DNA of 64,000 nucleotides from Candidatus Bipolaricaulota bacterium (GTDB taxonomy: Bacteria > Bipolaricaulota > Bipolaricaulia > RBG-16-55-9 > DRXL01). The notes beneath the pieces were generated by a model. It saw only the letters and a list, made by a program, of their open reading frames with translations, made no database searches and was not told where the DNA came from. Location of the stretch: positions 33,434 through 97,433 of the forward strand of contig JANXAU010000040.1 in assembly GCA_025061735.1 (NCBI GenBank). The letters run 5' to 3'. The translations under genes and the position numbers were made by a program. This document shows positions 10,403 through 18,872 of this stretch, piece by piece (the stretch's first letter is position 1; each line of letters starts with the position of its first letter).

Positions 10403-11575
10403 ATGAAACTTGAAGCCATCGAGCTGCGGCATCTGGAGATGGAGCTGGTCGAGCCGTTTGAAACCAGCGGCTGGCGCGAGACGATCCGACCGTGCATCAT
10501 TGTCACGATTCACAGCGACGGTCTGACCGGCTACGGCGAATGCGTCGCCGGCGCGGGACCGTGGTACTCCGACGAGACGATCCAGACGGCGTGGCACGTC
10601 TTAGAAGACTTCTGCATCCCCGCGGTGCTTGGTCACGATCTCTCTTCTGCTGAAGAGCTGCAAGCGAGGCTCAAGCCCATCCGCGGACACCCGATGGCTA
10701 AAGCTGCTTTAGAAGCTGCGTTCTGGGACGTGCTCGCCCAAGCGAAGAACATCCCTCTAGCCACGCTGCTCGGCGGCACAAAAGACCGCATCGAAAGCGG
10801 CATCTCTATTGGCATTCAAAAAGACATCCCAACGCTGCTCGGCGTGATCGAGCAGCGCTGCGCTCAGGGCTACAAGCGCATCAAGCTCAAAGTGAAGCCC
10901 GGATGGGATATTACAGTTCTGCGCGCCGTGCGCCAGCGCTTTCCCACTCTAGACTTGATGGCCGACGCCAACGCCGCTTACACCATCGCTGATGTAGAGC
11001 ATCTCAAACAGTTTGACGAGTTCGGTCTCATGATGTTAGAGCAACCCCTAGAGTACGACGATTTGATAGACCACGCTCGCCTACAGCGGGAGCTGAAGAC
11101 CCCCATCTGTCTGGACGAGAGCATCAAGACCCCCGACGATGCCAGAAAAGCGCTAGATCTGGGGGCGTGTAAGATGATTAATATCAAGCCGGGGCGAGTG
11201 GGCGGGCTGCTGAACGCCAAGAGAATTCACGATCTCTGTCTAAGTCGGGGCGTGCCCGTCTGGTGCGGTGGGATGCTGGAGACGGGGATCGGGCGCGCGG
11301 CGAATGTCGCGCTGGCGAGCCTGCCCAATTTCACGCTGCCCAACGACATATCGGCGAGCGCGCGCTACTGGCGCGAAGATCTCATAGAGCCGCCGTTCGT
11401 GCTCGAACCCGATGGGACGATCAGAGTTCCGACGGGGTTGGGGCTGGGCGTGCGCGTCGTGCCAGAGCGCTTAGAGAGAGCGACACGACGACGAGCTGTC
11501 TTTCAGAGCAAGACCCTCACCCCGGCTACGTCTCCCCTCTCCCGTGAGTTATCGCAGAAGAGAGATCGGGGGTGA
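10403..11575 (+). CDS. menC: o-succinylbenzoate synthase / N-succinylamino acid racemase (enolase superfamily)
   Basis: KLK, DANAAY, EQPL, CLDESI, NIKPGRVGG, WCGGMLETGIG. NSAR-type subfamily. Confidence 0.88.
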   Translation: MKLEAIELRHLEMELVEPFETSGWRETIRPCIIVTIHSDGLTGYGECVAGAGPWYSDETIQTAWHVLEDFCIPAVLGHDLSSAEELQARLKPIRGHPMAKAALEAAFWDVLAQAKNIPLATLLGGTKDRIESGISIGIQKDIPTLLGVIEQRCAQGYKRIKLKVKPGWDITVLRAVRQRFPTLDLMADANAAYTIADVEHLKQFDEFGLMMLEQPLEYDDLIDHARLQRELKTPICLDESIKTPDDARKALDLGACKMINIKPGRVGGLLNAKRIHDLCLSRGVPVWCGGMLETGIGRAANVALASLPNFTLPNDISASARYWREDLIEPPFVLEPDGTIRVPTGLGLGVRVVPERLERATRRRAVFQSKTLTPATSPLSRELSQKRDRG

Positions 11576-11582
11576 GAGCCTT
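11511..11582. repeat. Degenerate CCCTCACCCC...CCCTCTCCC REP-like palindrome
   Basis: Aligns by eye with the intact copy at 33826-33902. Confidence 0.7.
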
Positions 11583-11589
11583 ATCACCT

Positions 11590-12330
11590 ATGATCCTCAA
11601 AACCGTCGGCTTGATCCTCCGTGCGATCAAGTTTCGCGAGAGCGATCTGATTCTCACGGTGCTCTCACGCGACTACGGCAAGATCGCGCTGATCGCCAAA
11701 GGAGCACGGCGCCCAGAGAGCAAGTTCGGCGCGGCCTTGGATCTGCTCACCCTGAGCGAATTGGTCTTCTACGAGGGCGAGAATCTTAAGCTGCTCAAAG
11801 AAGCGAGCATTCTCAATGACTTTCGCGATCTCAAACGCGAGTACGAGAGACTAGAGACAGCCCTGCACGCCGCGTCGCTCTTGAATCATTTGATCGAAGA
11901 CGAGCACCCTGACCGCGCTGTCTTCGATCTCTGTGAAGACTTTTTATCTCATTTGGGGCATTTAAAGAAACTGCGCCTGGGGGAGTTGGCTTTTAAGCTG
12001 AAATTATTGAGAGCAGCGGGTCTGGCACCGCGGCTCAATCGTTGCGCACGGAGGGGGCACCGCTTGACCTCAGAGCTATGGTTCTCCACGCAGCACGGTG
12101 GCCTCGTCTGCGCCGAGTGCCATCAAGCCGGAGATGCCCGCATAGAGCCAGGAACAGCCCAGAGCTTAAAGATGCTCTTAGGCACTAGGTGGGAGCGGCT
12201 CGACCGGCTCGCGCTCTATGACGACAAGCTAGAGATAGCCCATCGGCTCGTGGACGAGTTCATCGGCTATCACTTACGAGACGTCCGCCGCTCGCTCACA
12301 TGCTCTCGAAGTAGCCCCCAACGCGAATGA
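11590..12330 (+). CDS. recO: DNA repair protein RecO
   Basis: RESDLILTVLSRDYGKIALIAKGARR and a degenerate Zn-finger ending GGLVC..C. Confidence 0.9.
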   Translation: MILKTVGLILRAIKFRESDLILTVLSRDYGKIALIAKGARRPESKFGAALDLLTLSELVFYEGENLKLLKEASILNDFRDLKREYERLETALHAASLLNHLIEDEHPDRAVFDLCEDFLSHLGHLKKLRLGELAFKLKLLRAAGLAPRLNRCARRGHRLTSELWFSTQHGGLVCAECHQAGDARIEPGTAQSLKMLLGTRWERLDRLALYDDKLEIAHRLVDEFIGYHLRDVRRSLTCSRSSPQRE

Positions 12331-12391
12331 GCAAGATCGCGATCCCAATCGCGATCAGAAAGTTCCCTAGAGCCGTCAACAGCTCCGACAT
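12296..12391 (-). CDS. Putative 31-aa single-TM small protein MSELLTALGNFLIAIGIAILLIRVGGYFESM
   Basis: SD GGAGGTGA, upstream TTGACA-18-TATAGA, hydrophobic core. Below the ORF-track length cutoff. Confidence 0.6.
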   Translation of the reverse strand: MSELLTALGNFLIAIGIAILLIRVGGYFESM

Positions 12392-12444
12392 GGCCTCACC
12401 TCCTCTGCCTTGGGCCTATCTATAGCACAAAGGGCAACGGGTTG

Positions 12445-13722
12445 TCAAATAGAACCTAAAGCAATATCTGAACGATACTGCATCCCCTCAAATTGGATCT
12501 TCTCGATAGCGGCATAGGCGCGCACGCGGGCCTCGCGAAGGGAAGCTCCCAGCCCAACGACGTTGAGCACGCGCCCCCCCGCCGTGACGATCTTGCCCTC
12601 TTGGAGCGTCGTGCCCGCGTGAAAGACAAGCGTACCCACGCTTCTCTCTCTCTGAAGAGGGAAAGCCTCCAGCCCCTCAATCTCAAGGCCCTTTTCGTAC
12701 CGTTCGGGATACCCTCCAGAGGCCAAGACGACACAGACGGCGCTCATGGGCTTCAGCTTCGTCTCAAACCGCTCTAAGCGTCCCTCGGCGATCGCAAGAT
12801 AGAGTTCAAGCAGATCGAAATCGAATCTTGGCACCAAGACTTGGGTTTCGGGGTCGCCCCAGCGCACGTTGTACTCCAAGACGTAGGGGCCATCTTGCGT
12901 CCAGATCAGCCCAAAGTAGAGAATCCCTTCATAACTGATGTTCTCACGGCGCAGCGCGTCAAAGGTCGGCGCGACGATCTTTTGCACGGCCTCCTCGAGC
13001 ATTCTTTGGGTCAGCCACGGTATCGGCGAGAGCGATCCCATCCCCCCGGTATTGGGACCCTGATCGCCATCGCGCAGCCTCTTATAGTCTTGAGCCGTGC
13101 CCAGCAACTTCCAACAATTTCCATCCGAAGCGACAAAGAGCGAGAACTCTCTCCCGACTAAAAACTCTTCGACGACGACGCGCTGCGACGCCGCGCCGAA
13201 CTTTTTCGCGATCATGAAGTCTCTGAGTATCTGTTCTGCTTCGGAGTGCGTCTGAACGATAGCGACCCCCTTGCCGGCGGCTAGACCGTCGGCCTTGATG
13301 ACCAGGGGAGTTGACAAGGTGCGGGCGAACGCGACGGCCGGCTCCCACTGGTCAAAGCTGCCGTGTCGCGCTGTGGGAATCCCGTGTTTGTGCATGAACG
13401 CTTTGGCTGCGACCTTGCTGCCCTCCAGAAACGACGCCTTCTGCGTAGGGGCAACAATTTTTAGATGCTCTCTCTCAAAGAGATCGCGAACCCCGGCGAC
13501 GATGGGGGCTTCCGGGCCGACAACGGTCAAGTCGATCCGTTCTTTACGAGCAAACTCTACCAGAGCAGAGAGATCCTCGGCACCGATGGAGACGTTCTCG
13601 CCCAGCTGGGCCGTGCCGGCGTTGCCGGGAGCGATATACAAATTGGAGAGCTTGGGAGATTGGACCAGCCCCCATGCGAGGGCATGCTCCCGTCCCCCAG
13701 AGCCGATTAAGAGAACTCTCAT
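12445..13722 (-). CDS. purD: Phosphoribosylamine-glycine ligase
   Basis: GSGGREHAL, KADGLAAGKGV, GPNTGGMG, GDPETQ. Confidence 0.97.
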   Translation of the reverse strand: MRVLLIGSGGREHALAWGLVQSPKLSNLYIAPGNAGTAQLGENVSIGAEDLSALVEFARKERIDLTVVGPEAPIVAGVRDLFEREHLKIVAPTQKASFLEGSKVAAKAFMHKHGIPTARHGSFDQWEPAVAFARTLSTPLVIKADGLAAGKGVAIVQTHSEAEQILRDFMIAKKFGAASQRVVVEEFLVGREFSLFVASDGNCWKLLGTAQDYKRLRDGDQGPNTGGMGSLSPIPWLTQRMLEEAVQKIVAPTFDALRRENISYEGILYFGLIWTQDGPYVLEYNVRWGDPETQVLVPRFDFDLLELYLAIAEGRLERFETKLKPMSAVCVVLASGGYPERYEKGLEIEGLEAFPLQRERSVGTLVFHAGTTLQEGKIVTAGGRVLNVVGLGASLREARVRAYAAIEKIQFEGMQYRSDIALGSI

Positions 13723-13813
13723 ACTCGCTTGGAGTATAGCAGACGCTTCCCTGGAGAGCCAATGCTAGCGCTTGGCTTGCTTTCGCTGTATAGTAGAGCG
13801 ACGGAGTTATACG

Positions 13814-14257
13814 ATGAAGACGCTTGTTCTTGGGTTGGGGAACGAATTGCTTGGCGATGATGCGGTGGGGATTCTGGCCGCGCGTATGCTCAGAGAGCGC
13901 CTGGGGAACAGAGCCGACGTCGTCGAGAGCGCGCTGTCGGGGATGGCCCTGCTCGATCTCTTGATGGGATACGAGCGAGCGATCATCATTGACGCGGTCA
14001 AAACGGGGCGAAGCGCTCCGGGGACGATCTATGAACTCACGCCCGAAGATCTGAGCGCTGGGCTCGCCCCCTCCCCCCATTACGCGGGCCTGCCGGAGCT
14101 GATCGCCACCGCCAAGGCGCTCGCCGTGGATTTTCCCAACGAGATCAAGATCTTTGCCCTAGAAGTTGAAGATCCATATACTATCGGTGGGAGGCTCAGC
14201 CCCGCGGTTGAACAAGCCCTAGAAGGGCTTGTCCGCCGCGTTGAGGAAGACTGCTAG
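13814..14257 (+). CDS. Hydrogenase maturation protease
   Basis: LGLGNELLGDDAVG, IIIDAV, SPH. Confidence 0.9.
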   Translation: MKTLVLGLGNELLGDDAVGILAARMLRERLGNRADVVESALSGMALLDLLMGYERAIIIDAVKTGRSAPGTIYELTPEDLSAGLAPSPHYAGLPELIATAKALAVDFPNEIKIFALEVEDPYTIGGRLSPAVEQALEGLVRRVEEDC

Positions 14258-14259
14258 TT

Positions 14260-14667
14260 ATGCACGAGTGGGCGCTGGCCGAAGCCGTCGTAGCGACCGC
14301 CAAGAGAGCCGCGCGCGAGCAACAGTTGCGCCGCGTCACGGGGATCACCGTTCGGCTGGGCGAACTGCAACAGATCGAGAGGGAGATTTTTAAGTTCGCG
14401 CTGGAGCAGATGCTCGCCCACGAAGACGCTCTCGTGCGCGACGCGAAGGTCGTCTTGGAGAGAGAGCGCGCGCGCTTTCGCTGCCGTGTGTGTCACCGCG
14501 AATGGGACTTCCAAGCCGAGGAGCTAGGCTCAGAGATCGCTGAAGCGATCCACTTCATCCCGGAGGTCGCGCACGCGTATCTTCGTTGTCCGAGCTGTCG
14601 TAGCCCGGATTTTGACGTGATGGCTGGGCGCGGGGTTTGGCTGGCTTCTTTGGAGGGAGAGGAGTGA
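14260..14667 (+). CDS. hypA: Hydrogenase nickel chaperone HypA (Thermococcales type)
   Basis: MHEWALA, two CxxC motifs separated by the long IHFIPEV.H insert. Confidence 0.92.
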   Translation: MHEWALAEAVVATAKRAAREQQLRRVTGITVRLGELQQIEREIFKFALEQMLAHEDALVRDAKVVLERERARFRCRVCHREWDFQAEELGSEIAEAIHFIPEVAHAYLRCPSCRSPDFDVMAGRGVWLASLEGEE

Positions 14668-14668
14668 G

Positions 14669-15427
14669 ATGGACCCGCGCGTCGCGATCATCTCAGATCG
14701 ACTGAAGAGCATCAAAAAAATTATTGCTATTGCAGCGGGCAAGGGCGGGGTGGGCAAGAGCACCATCGCGACGGGGCTGGCGCTCGTGCTCTCGCAGTTG
14801 GGCTACAAGATCGGGCTTTTAGATCTAGATTTCTACGGCCCCTCGTCGCACGTGATTTTGGGACTCTCCGAAGAGATTCAGCCGAGAGAAGAGCGCGGGA
14901 TCGTTCCCCCCACGGTGCACGGGATTGAATTGATGTCGCTGGTGTTCTACACAGGGAAGAACCCGACGCCGCTGCGCGGGCCGGATCTGACCAACGCTCT
15001 CATAGAGCTGCTGGCGATTACGCGCTGGGGGGATTTGGACTTTCTGATCGTGGACATGCCGCCGGGGATGGGGGAGACGACGCTTGATGCAATTCGATTC
15101 TTAAAGAATCCGAGCTTTCTCATCGTAACGACGCCGTCGCGTGTTGCTCACGAGACGGTGGGCAAGCTCCTCGCGCTCTTGAGCGAGCTGAACATCGCGA
15201 TACTTGGGGTCCTCGAGAATATGCGCAGATCGAGCGACAGAGCGCGCTCGTCTTTTGGGGTTCGTGTTGTGGGGGAGCTGCCCTTCGATGAGGGGCTGGA
15301 AGACGCCCTAGGCGATCCTGAGAGGTTCTTACAGACGGAGTTTGCGCAACGGCTGCGCGAGATTGCCTCGGCTATTTTTCCGCTGCCAGAGCCACGAGCA
15401 TCTCCACCGCCTTCGTTGCGACTCTGA
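14669..15427 (+). CDS. Mrp/MinD-family ATPase, probable ATPase-type HypB
   Basis: GKGGVGKS, DLDF.G.S.H, PTPLRG, DMPPG. No C-terminal CxxC as in ApbC/Nbp35. Directly follows hypA. Confidence 0.8.
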   Translation: MDPRVAIISDRLKSIKKIIAIAAGKGGVGKSTIATGLALVLSQLGYKIGLLDLDFYGPSSHVILGLSEEIQPREERGIVPPTVHGIELMSLVFYTGKNPTPLRGPDLTNALIELLAITRWGDLDFLIVDMPPGMGETTLDAIRFLKNPSFLIVTTPSRVAHETVGKLLALLSELNIAILGVLENMRRSSDRARSSFGVRVVGELPFDEGLEDALGDPERFLQTEFAQRLREIASAIFPLPEPRASPPPSLRL

Positions 15428-16151
15428 TCGCGTTCTCTTCGCTCATCTGAAGCTGATCGAGCGCGACGGATTCGCTGCGTGTGCGCTGCGCCGCTACCCC
15501 GGCAACACAACCTGCTCGTAAACCTAACGCGCTGCAGATTACGAAGAGCGTCGCGGCTTCCATCTCGTAATTTAAGACGTTCAGTCGCCTCCATTCTTCA
15601 AGCGACCCGCGCAAGTGTCGAGGGACATGCCCACTAAAAGTATCGTATCGCTCTTGCCCGGGATAGAACGTGTCCGATGAGCACGTGATCCCGACGTGAT
15701 GGGGAATCCCAAGCATTTGCGCAGCGCGAAGAAGCGCACGCACGATCTCGTAGTCGGCCACAGCGGGGTACTCGAGGGGCGCATAGTGCGTCGAAGCGCC
15801 CTCGAGGCGTACAGCCCCCGTCGTGATAACAACGTCACCGATATTAATAGAGGGCTGAATCGCTCCTGTCGTTCCAACGCGAATGAAAAGTCTCACGCCA
15901 AGCTGGGCTAACTCTTCGACGGCAATCGCCGTCGAAGGCCCCCCAATCCCCGTGGACGTCGTGAGCACCGGCGTCTGACCAATATAGCTGAGCCATGTGG
16001 TGAACTCGCGCTTCGACGCGAGAAAGCGCGCACGTTCTAGCGGCGCTGTCTTGGCGATCTTCTCGACGCGGGCGGGATCGCCGGGCAGGAGCGCGATCTT
16101 CGCCCCTTCGATCTGATCGTCTGTCAGATGCAAGTGATAGACGCTCTTCAT
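15372..16151 (-). CDS. udp: Uridine phosphorylase
   Basis: YHLHL, PGDPARV, STGIGGPS, RVGTTGAIQ, SDTFYPGQERY, NYEMEAA. Confidence 0.93.
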   Translation of the reverse strand: MKSVYHLHLTDDQIEGAKIALLPGDPARVEKIAKTAPLERARFLASKREFTTWLSYIGQTPVLTTSTGIGGPSTAIAVEELAQLGVRLFIRVGTTGAIQPSINIGDVVITTGAVRLEGASTHYAPLEYPAVADYEIVRALLRAAQMLGIPHHVGITCSSDTFYPGQERYDTFSGHVPRHLRGSLEEWRRLNVLNYEMEAATLFVICSALGLRAGCVAGVAAQRTRSESVALDQLQMSEENAIRVATKAVEMLVALAAEK

Positions 16152-16170
16152 CTTCTACCCATTGCTGCTA

Positions 16171-16611
16171 TTAAATCTCGTGAATTATTCTATCTAAGAC
16201 TTGGGAAACCGCGCAGGCAACCTCTGTAGACAGACCCTCGCCTGCCGCAAAGTTCTTCCCCTCGATGCCATAGACGATCAGGCTTTGGGGGAGTTTGCCC
16301 AACGTCCGCGCCAATTCTATCGCTTCCGCAAGTCCGAAATTGTGCGTCGAATAGCGAAAGAATCTCGTCGGGATCTCTTGACGGTGAGCCTCAAAGCGAA
16401 AGATCGTCCCCGGCGTCGCTCCCGACTGCACAGCGTCAATCACAATGACGTTCTCTGCATCCTGCCAAGCTTCTATCAGAGCAGTGCCTTCGCCGCTCAG
16501 CTCTAAAATCTCAACGTTCCTGAGATTCTTTTTGCGCAGCGCACGGGCGACGACCAGCCCTATGGCGTCGTCGCGACGATAGTCGTTCCCAACCCCGATG
16601 ACCAGCGTCAT
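16171..16611 (-). CDS. Hydrogenase maturation protease (second copy)
   Basis: IGVGN.YRRDDAIG, VIDAV, STHNFGL. Confidence 0.9.
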   Translation of the reverse strand: MTLVIGVGNDYRRDDAIGLVVARALRKKNLRNVEILELSGEGTALIEAWQDAENVIVIDAVQSGATPGTIFRFEAHRQEIPTRFFRYSTHNFGLAEAIELARTLGKLPQSLIVYGIEGKNFAAGEGLSTEVACAVSQVLDRIIHEI

Positions 16612-17051
16612 GCATCAAAGAGAAAGACCAAGTCTTGCTTGAATCCCACCACACCGCGCAGCTTGGCTAAGACTTCGGGATCGTGACGCCATAGCCCGCG
16701 CACCCTATCTCGGTGCAAGACCCACACCACACTCTCTTCCAAAGCCCGCGCCCGATAGACCCGCCCCGGCGCTCCCGCCCCAAAGAGCAGCTCCCCGAAA
16801 AACTCCCCCGGCCCCAACTCTATAGTCCCTACTCCGTTCACAGCAATTTCGATGCGCCCCTGCTGCACCCAATAGATCGCGCTGGGCGCGTCTTGCTCAC
16901 CGTGAACGATCGCATCTGCTCTGTAGCGCACCAGCTCCGACAGCTCCTCGATCCAATCAAAGAAGCGATCGCCGCGCGCAACCGCTTCTACGTCGGGTCG
17001 AAAGCTCGGTCCCGACTCTAAGACCGCTATGCTCTCGTTCGGATTGCCCAT
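16608..17051 (-). CDS. Cyclic nucleotide-binding domain protein
   Basis: IYWVQQG.IEI, LGPGEFFGEL, ARALE. No HTH. Start uncertain. Confidence 0.7.
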   Translation of the reverse strand: MGNPNESIAVLESGPSFRPDVEAVARGDRFFDWIEELSELVRYRADAIVHGEQDAPSAIYWVQQGRIEIAVNGVGTIELGPGEFFGELLFGAGAPGRVYRARALEESVVWVLHRDRVRGLWRHDPEVLAKLRGVVGFKQDLVFLFDA

Positions 17052-17100
17052 AACAAGAGCAGTGTAAGCGCGATGCGCAGCCCTTCTCAAGGCTGGTCTT

Positions 17101-18783
17101 CTATCTTCGAAGTCTCATCTGTCTCCTGCGTTGAGGACTTCTGAACGCCGAATCTAGAAATGCCCTCTGGCGCAGCAGACGATGATAGCTCAGCGCGAAG
17201 CGATGCGCCTCGTCGCGCACGCGCTGCAAGAGCTGGAGCGCAGGGCTCTCGCGGGACAGCACAATCGGAGACGAGCGCCCCTCGACAAAGAGATGCTCGA
17301 ACTCTTTCGCCAGAGCTACCGTTGCGATCTGCTCTAATTTCAGTTCGCGCATCACGGCGCGTGCCGCGCTGAGCTGCCCCTTCCCACCGTCTATGAGAAC
17401 GAGATCGGGCATGGGCAAGAAGCGCTCGTCGCCGGACAACCCGCGCACCAGACGCCGACGCAAGACCTCTGCGATCATCGCGAAGTCGTCTATCTGATCT
17501 ACTGTCTGTATGCGAAAGCGCCGGTACGCTGACTTCAAGGGCTTTCCCTTCCAAAAGACGACCATCGAGCCAACGGCCTGACGCCCGTGCAGATTGGAAA
17601 TATCAAACGCTTCGATGCGCTGGGGCGCTGCGCTCAGCTTGAGAACGCTCTGGAGTTCTTCGAGAGCAGTGCGTTCGCGCTCGTCGTTGTTCACCGAAGG
17701 CGTGCGTAGCGCTAGAGCAGCATTGTGAGCTACAGACTCTATCAGTCTCTTGAGCGCACCGCGCTGCGGCACGCGCAGCTTGACAGGGCCGCCGCGCCGC
17801 TCGGCCAACCAATTGGCCAAAGCTTCGTCATCTTCTAAAGGCGCAGCCAGCACGATCTCCTTGGGCACCGCGCTCTTCTGATAGTACTCTTTCAAAAACG
17901 CCGTCAAGACCTCGCTGCTAGAAGAGCCAGGGGGAACGTCGAGCCAGAAGCCCTCGCGCCCCTCAAGCCGGCCCTCCCGCACGAAGAAGACCTGCACCGC
18001 AGCCGTGCGGGCCTCCTCGTCTATGGCGCACGCGATGAGATCGCGCTCGACGGGGCTGGGGCTGAGCGCTTGCTGCTCGGCATGAAGCCGTTCTATCGCT
18101 TGTATCTGATCGCGCAGGTGGGCTGCGCGCTCAAACTCCAAGCGCTCGGAAGCGCTCTCCATCTGAGCGCGCAGCTGGCGCAGCAGCTCGTTCTGTCTGC
18201 CGCGCAGAAAGAGCGTCGCGTTCTCGACAAGTTTTGCGTAATCTTCGACGGGGATTGCCGCGACGCAGGGAGCATCGCACAGCCCGATATAGTGATCCAA
18301 GCAGGGGCGCCGCCGCACCGGTGGACGCTCGATCTTCAGCGTACAGGTGCGAAGGCGAAAGAGCTTCTGGAGGAGCTTGATCATCTCGCGGGCCGACTGC
18401 CCGCTGCGATAGGGGCCAAAGTATCTTGCGCCATCATGCTCGCGCCGCCGCACCAGCTCTACCCTTGGAAAGAGATCGCCGGTGAGCTTGATATACGGAT
18501 ACTGTTTATCGTCCTTGAGGCGAATGTTAAATTTGGGCTTGTGCTTTTTGATCAGCGTCTCTTCAAGCAGGAGCGCCTCGCGCTCGTCGGGGGTTATGAT
18601 ATAGTCAAAATCAACGGCCTCTTGCATCAGACGTTGCGTTTTGGGATCTGAAGACGTTTGAAAATACGAGCGCAGGCGCTCGCGCAACAGAGAGGCCTTG
18701 CCGACGTACAGAACCTTCCCGTGGGCGTCCTTGAAGAGATAGACGCCCGGAGCCGCTGGGAGTAGCGCGAGTTTCTCGTGCAT
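17101..18783 (-). CDS. uvrC: Excinuclease ABC subunit C
   Basis: GIY-YIG (PGVYLF..YVGKA), Cys cluster, UVR coil, RIEAFDISN, LIDGGKGQ, RDEAHRFA. Confidence 0.95.
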   Translation of the reverse strand: MHEKLALLPAAPGVYLFKDAHGKVLYVGKASLLRERLRSYFQTSSDPKTQRLMQEAVDFDYIITPDEREALLLEETLIKKHKPKFNIRLKDDKQYPYIKLTGDLFPRVELVRRREHDGARYFGPYRSGQSAREMIKLLQKLFRLRTCTLKIERPPVRRRPCLDHYIGLCDAPCVAAIPVEDYAKLVENATLFLRGRQNELLRQLRAQMESASERLEFERAAHLRDQIQAIERLHAEQQALSPSPVERDLIACAIDEEARTAAVQVFFVREGRLEGREGFWLDVPPGSSSSEVLTAFLKEYYQKSAVPKEIVLAAPLEDDEALANWLAERRGGPVKLRVPQRGALKRLIESVAHNAALALRTPSVNNDERERTALEELQSVLKLSAAPQRIEAFDISNLHGRQAVGSMVVFWKGKPLKSAYRRFRIQTVDQIDDFAMIAEVLRRRLVRGLSGDERFLPMPDLVLIDGGKGQLSAARAVMRELKLEQIATVALAKEFEHLFVEGRSSPIVLSRESPALQLLQRVRDEAHRFALSYHRLLRQRAFLDSAFRSPQRRRQMRLRR

Positions 18784-18872
18784 CGCTCTTTTATTGTAGC
18801 ACGCCAAGCGGCAGCAGACGAGTTTCAGAATTGCTATAATCTTAGAGCGATCGTATTCCCCAAGGAGGCACA

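Noticed and set aside
12040-12125. RecO zinc finger reads CARR...CAEC, missing one Cys
   Set aside because: RecO zinc ligands are often lost, and the ORF is otherwise intact.
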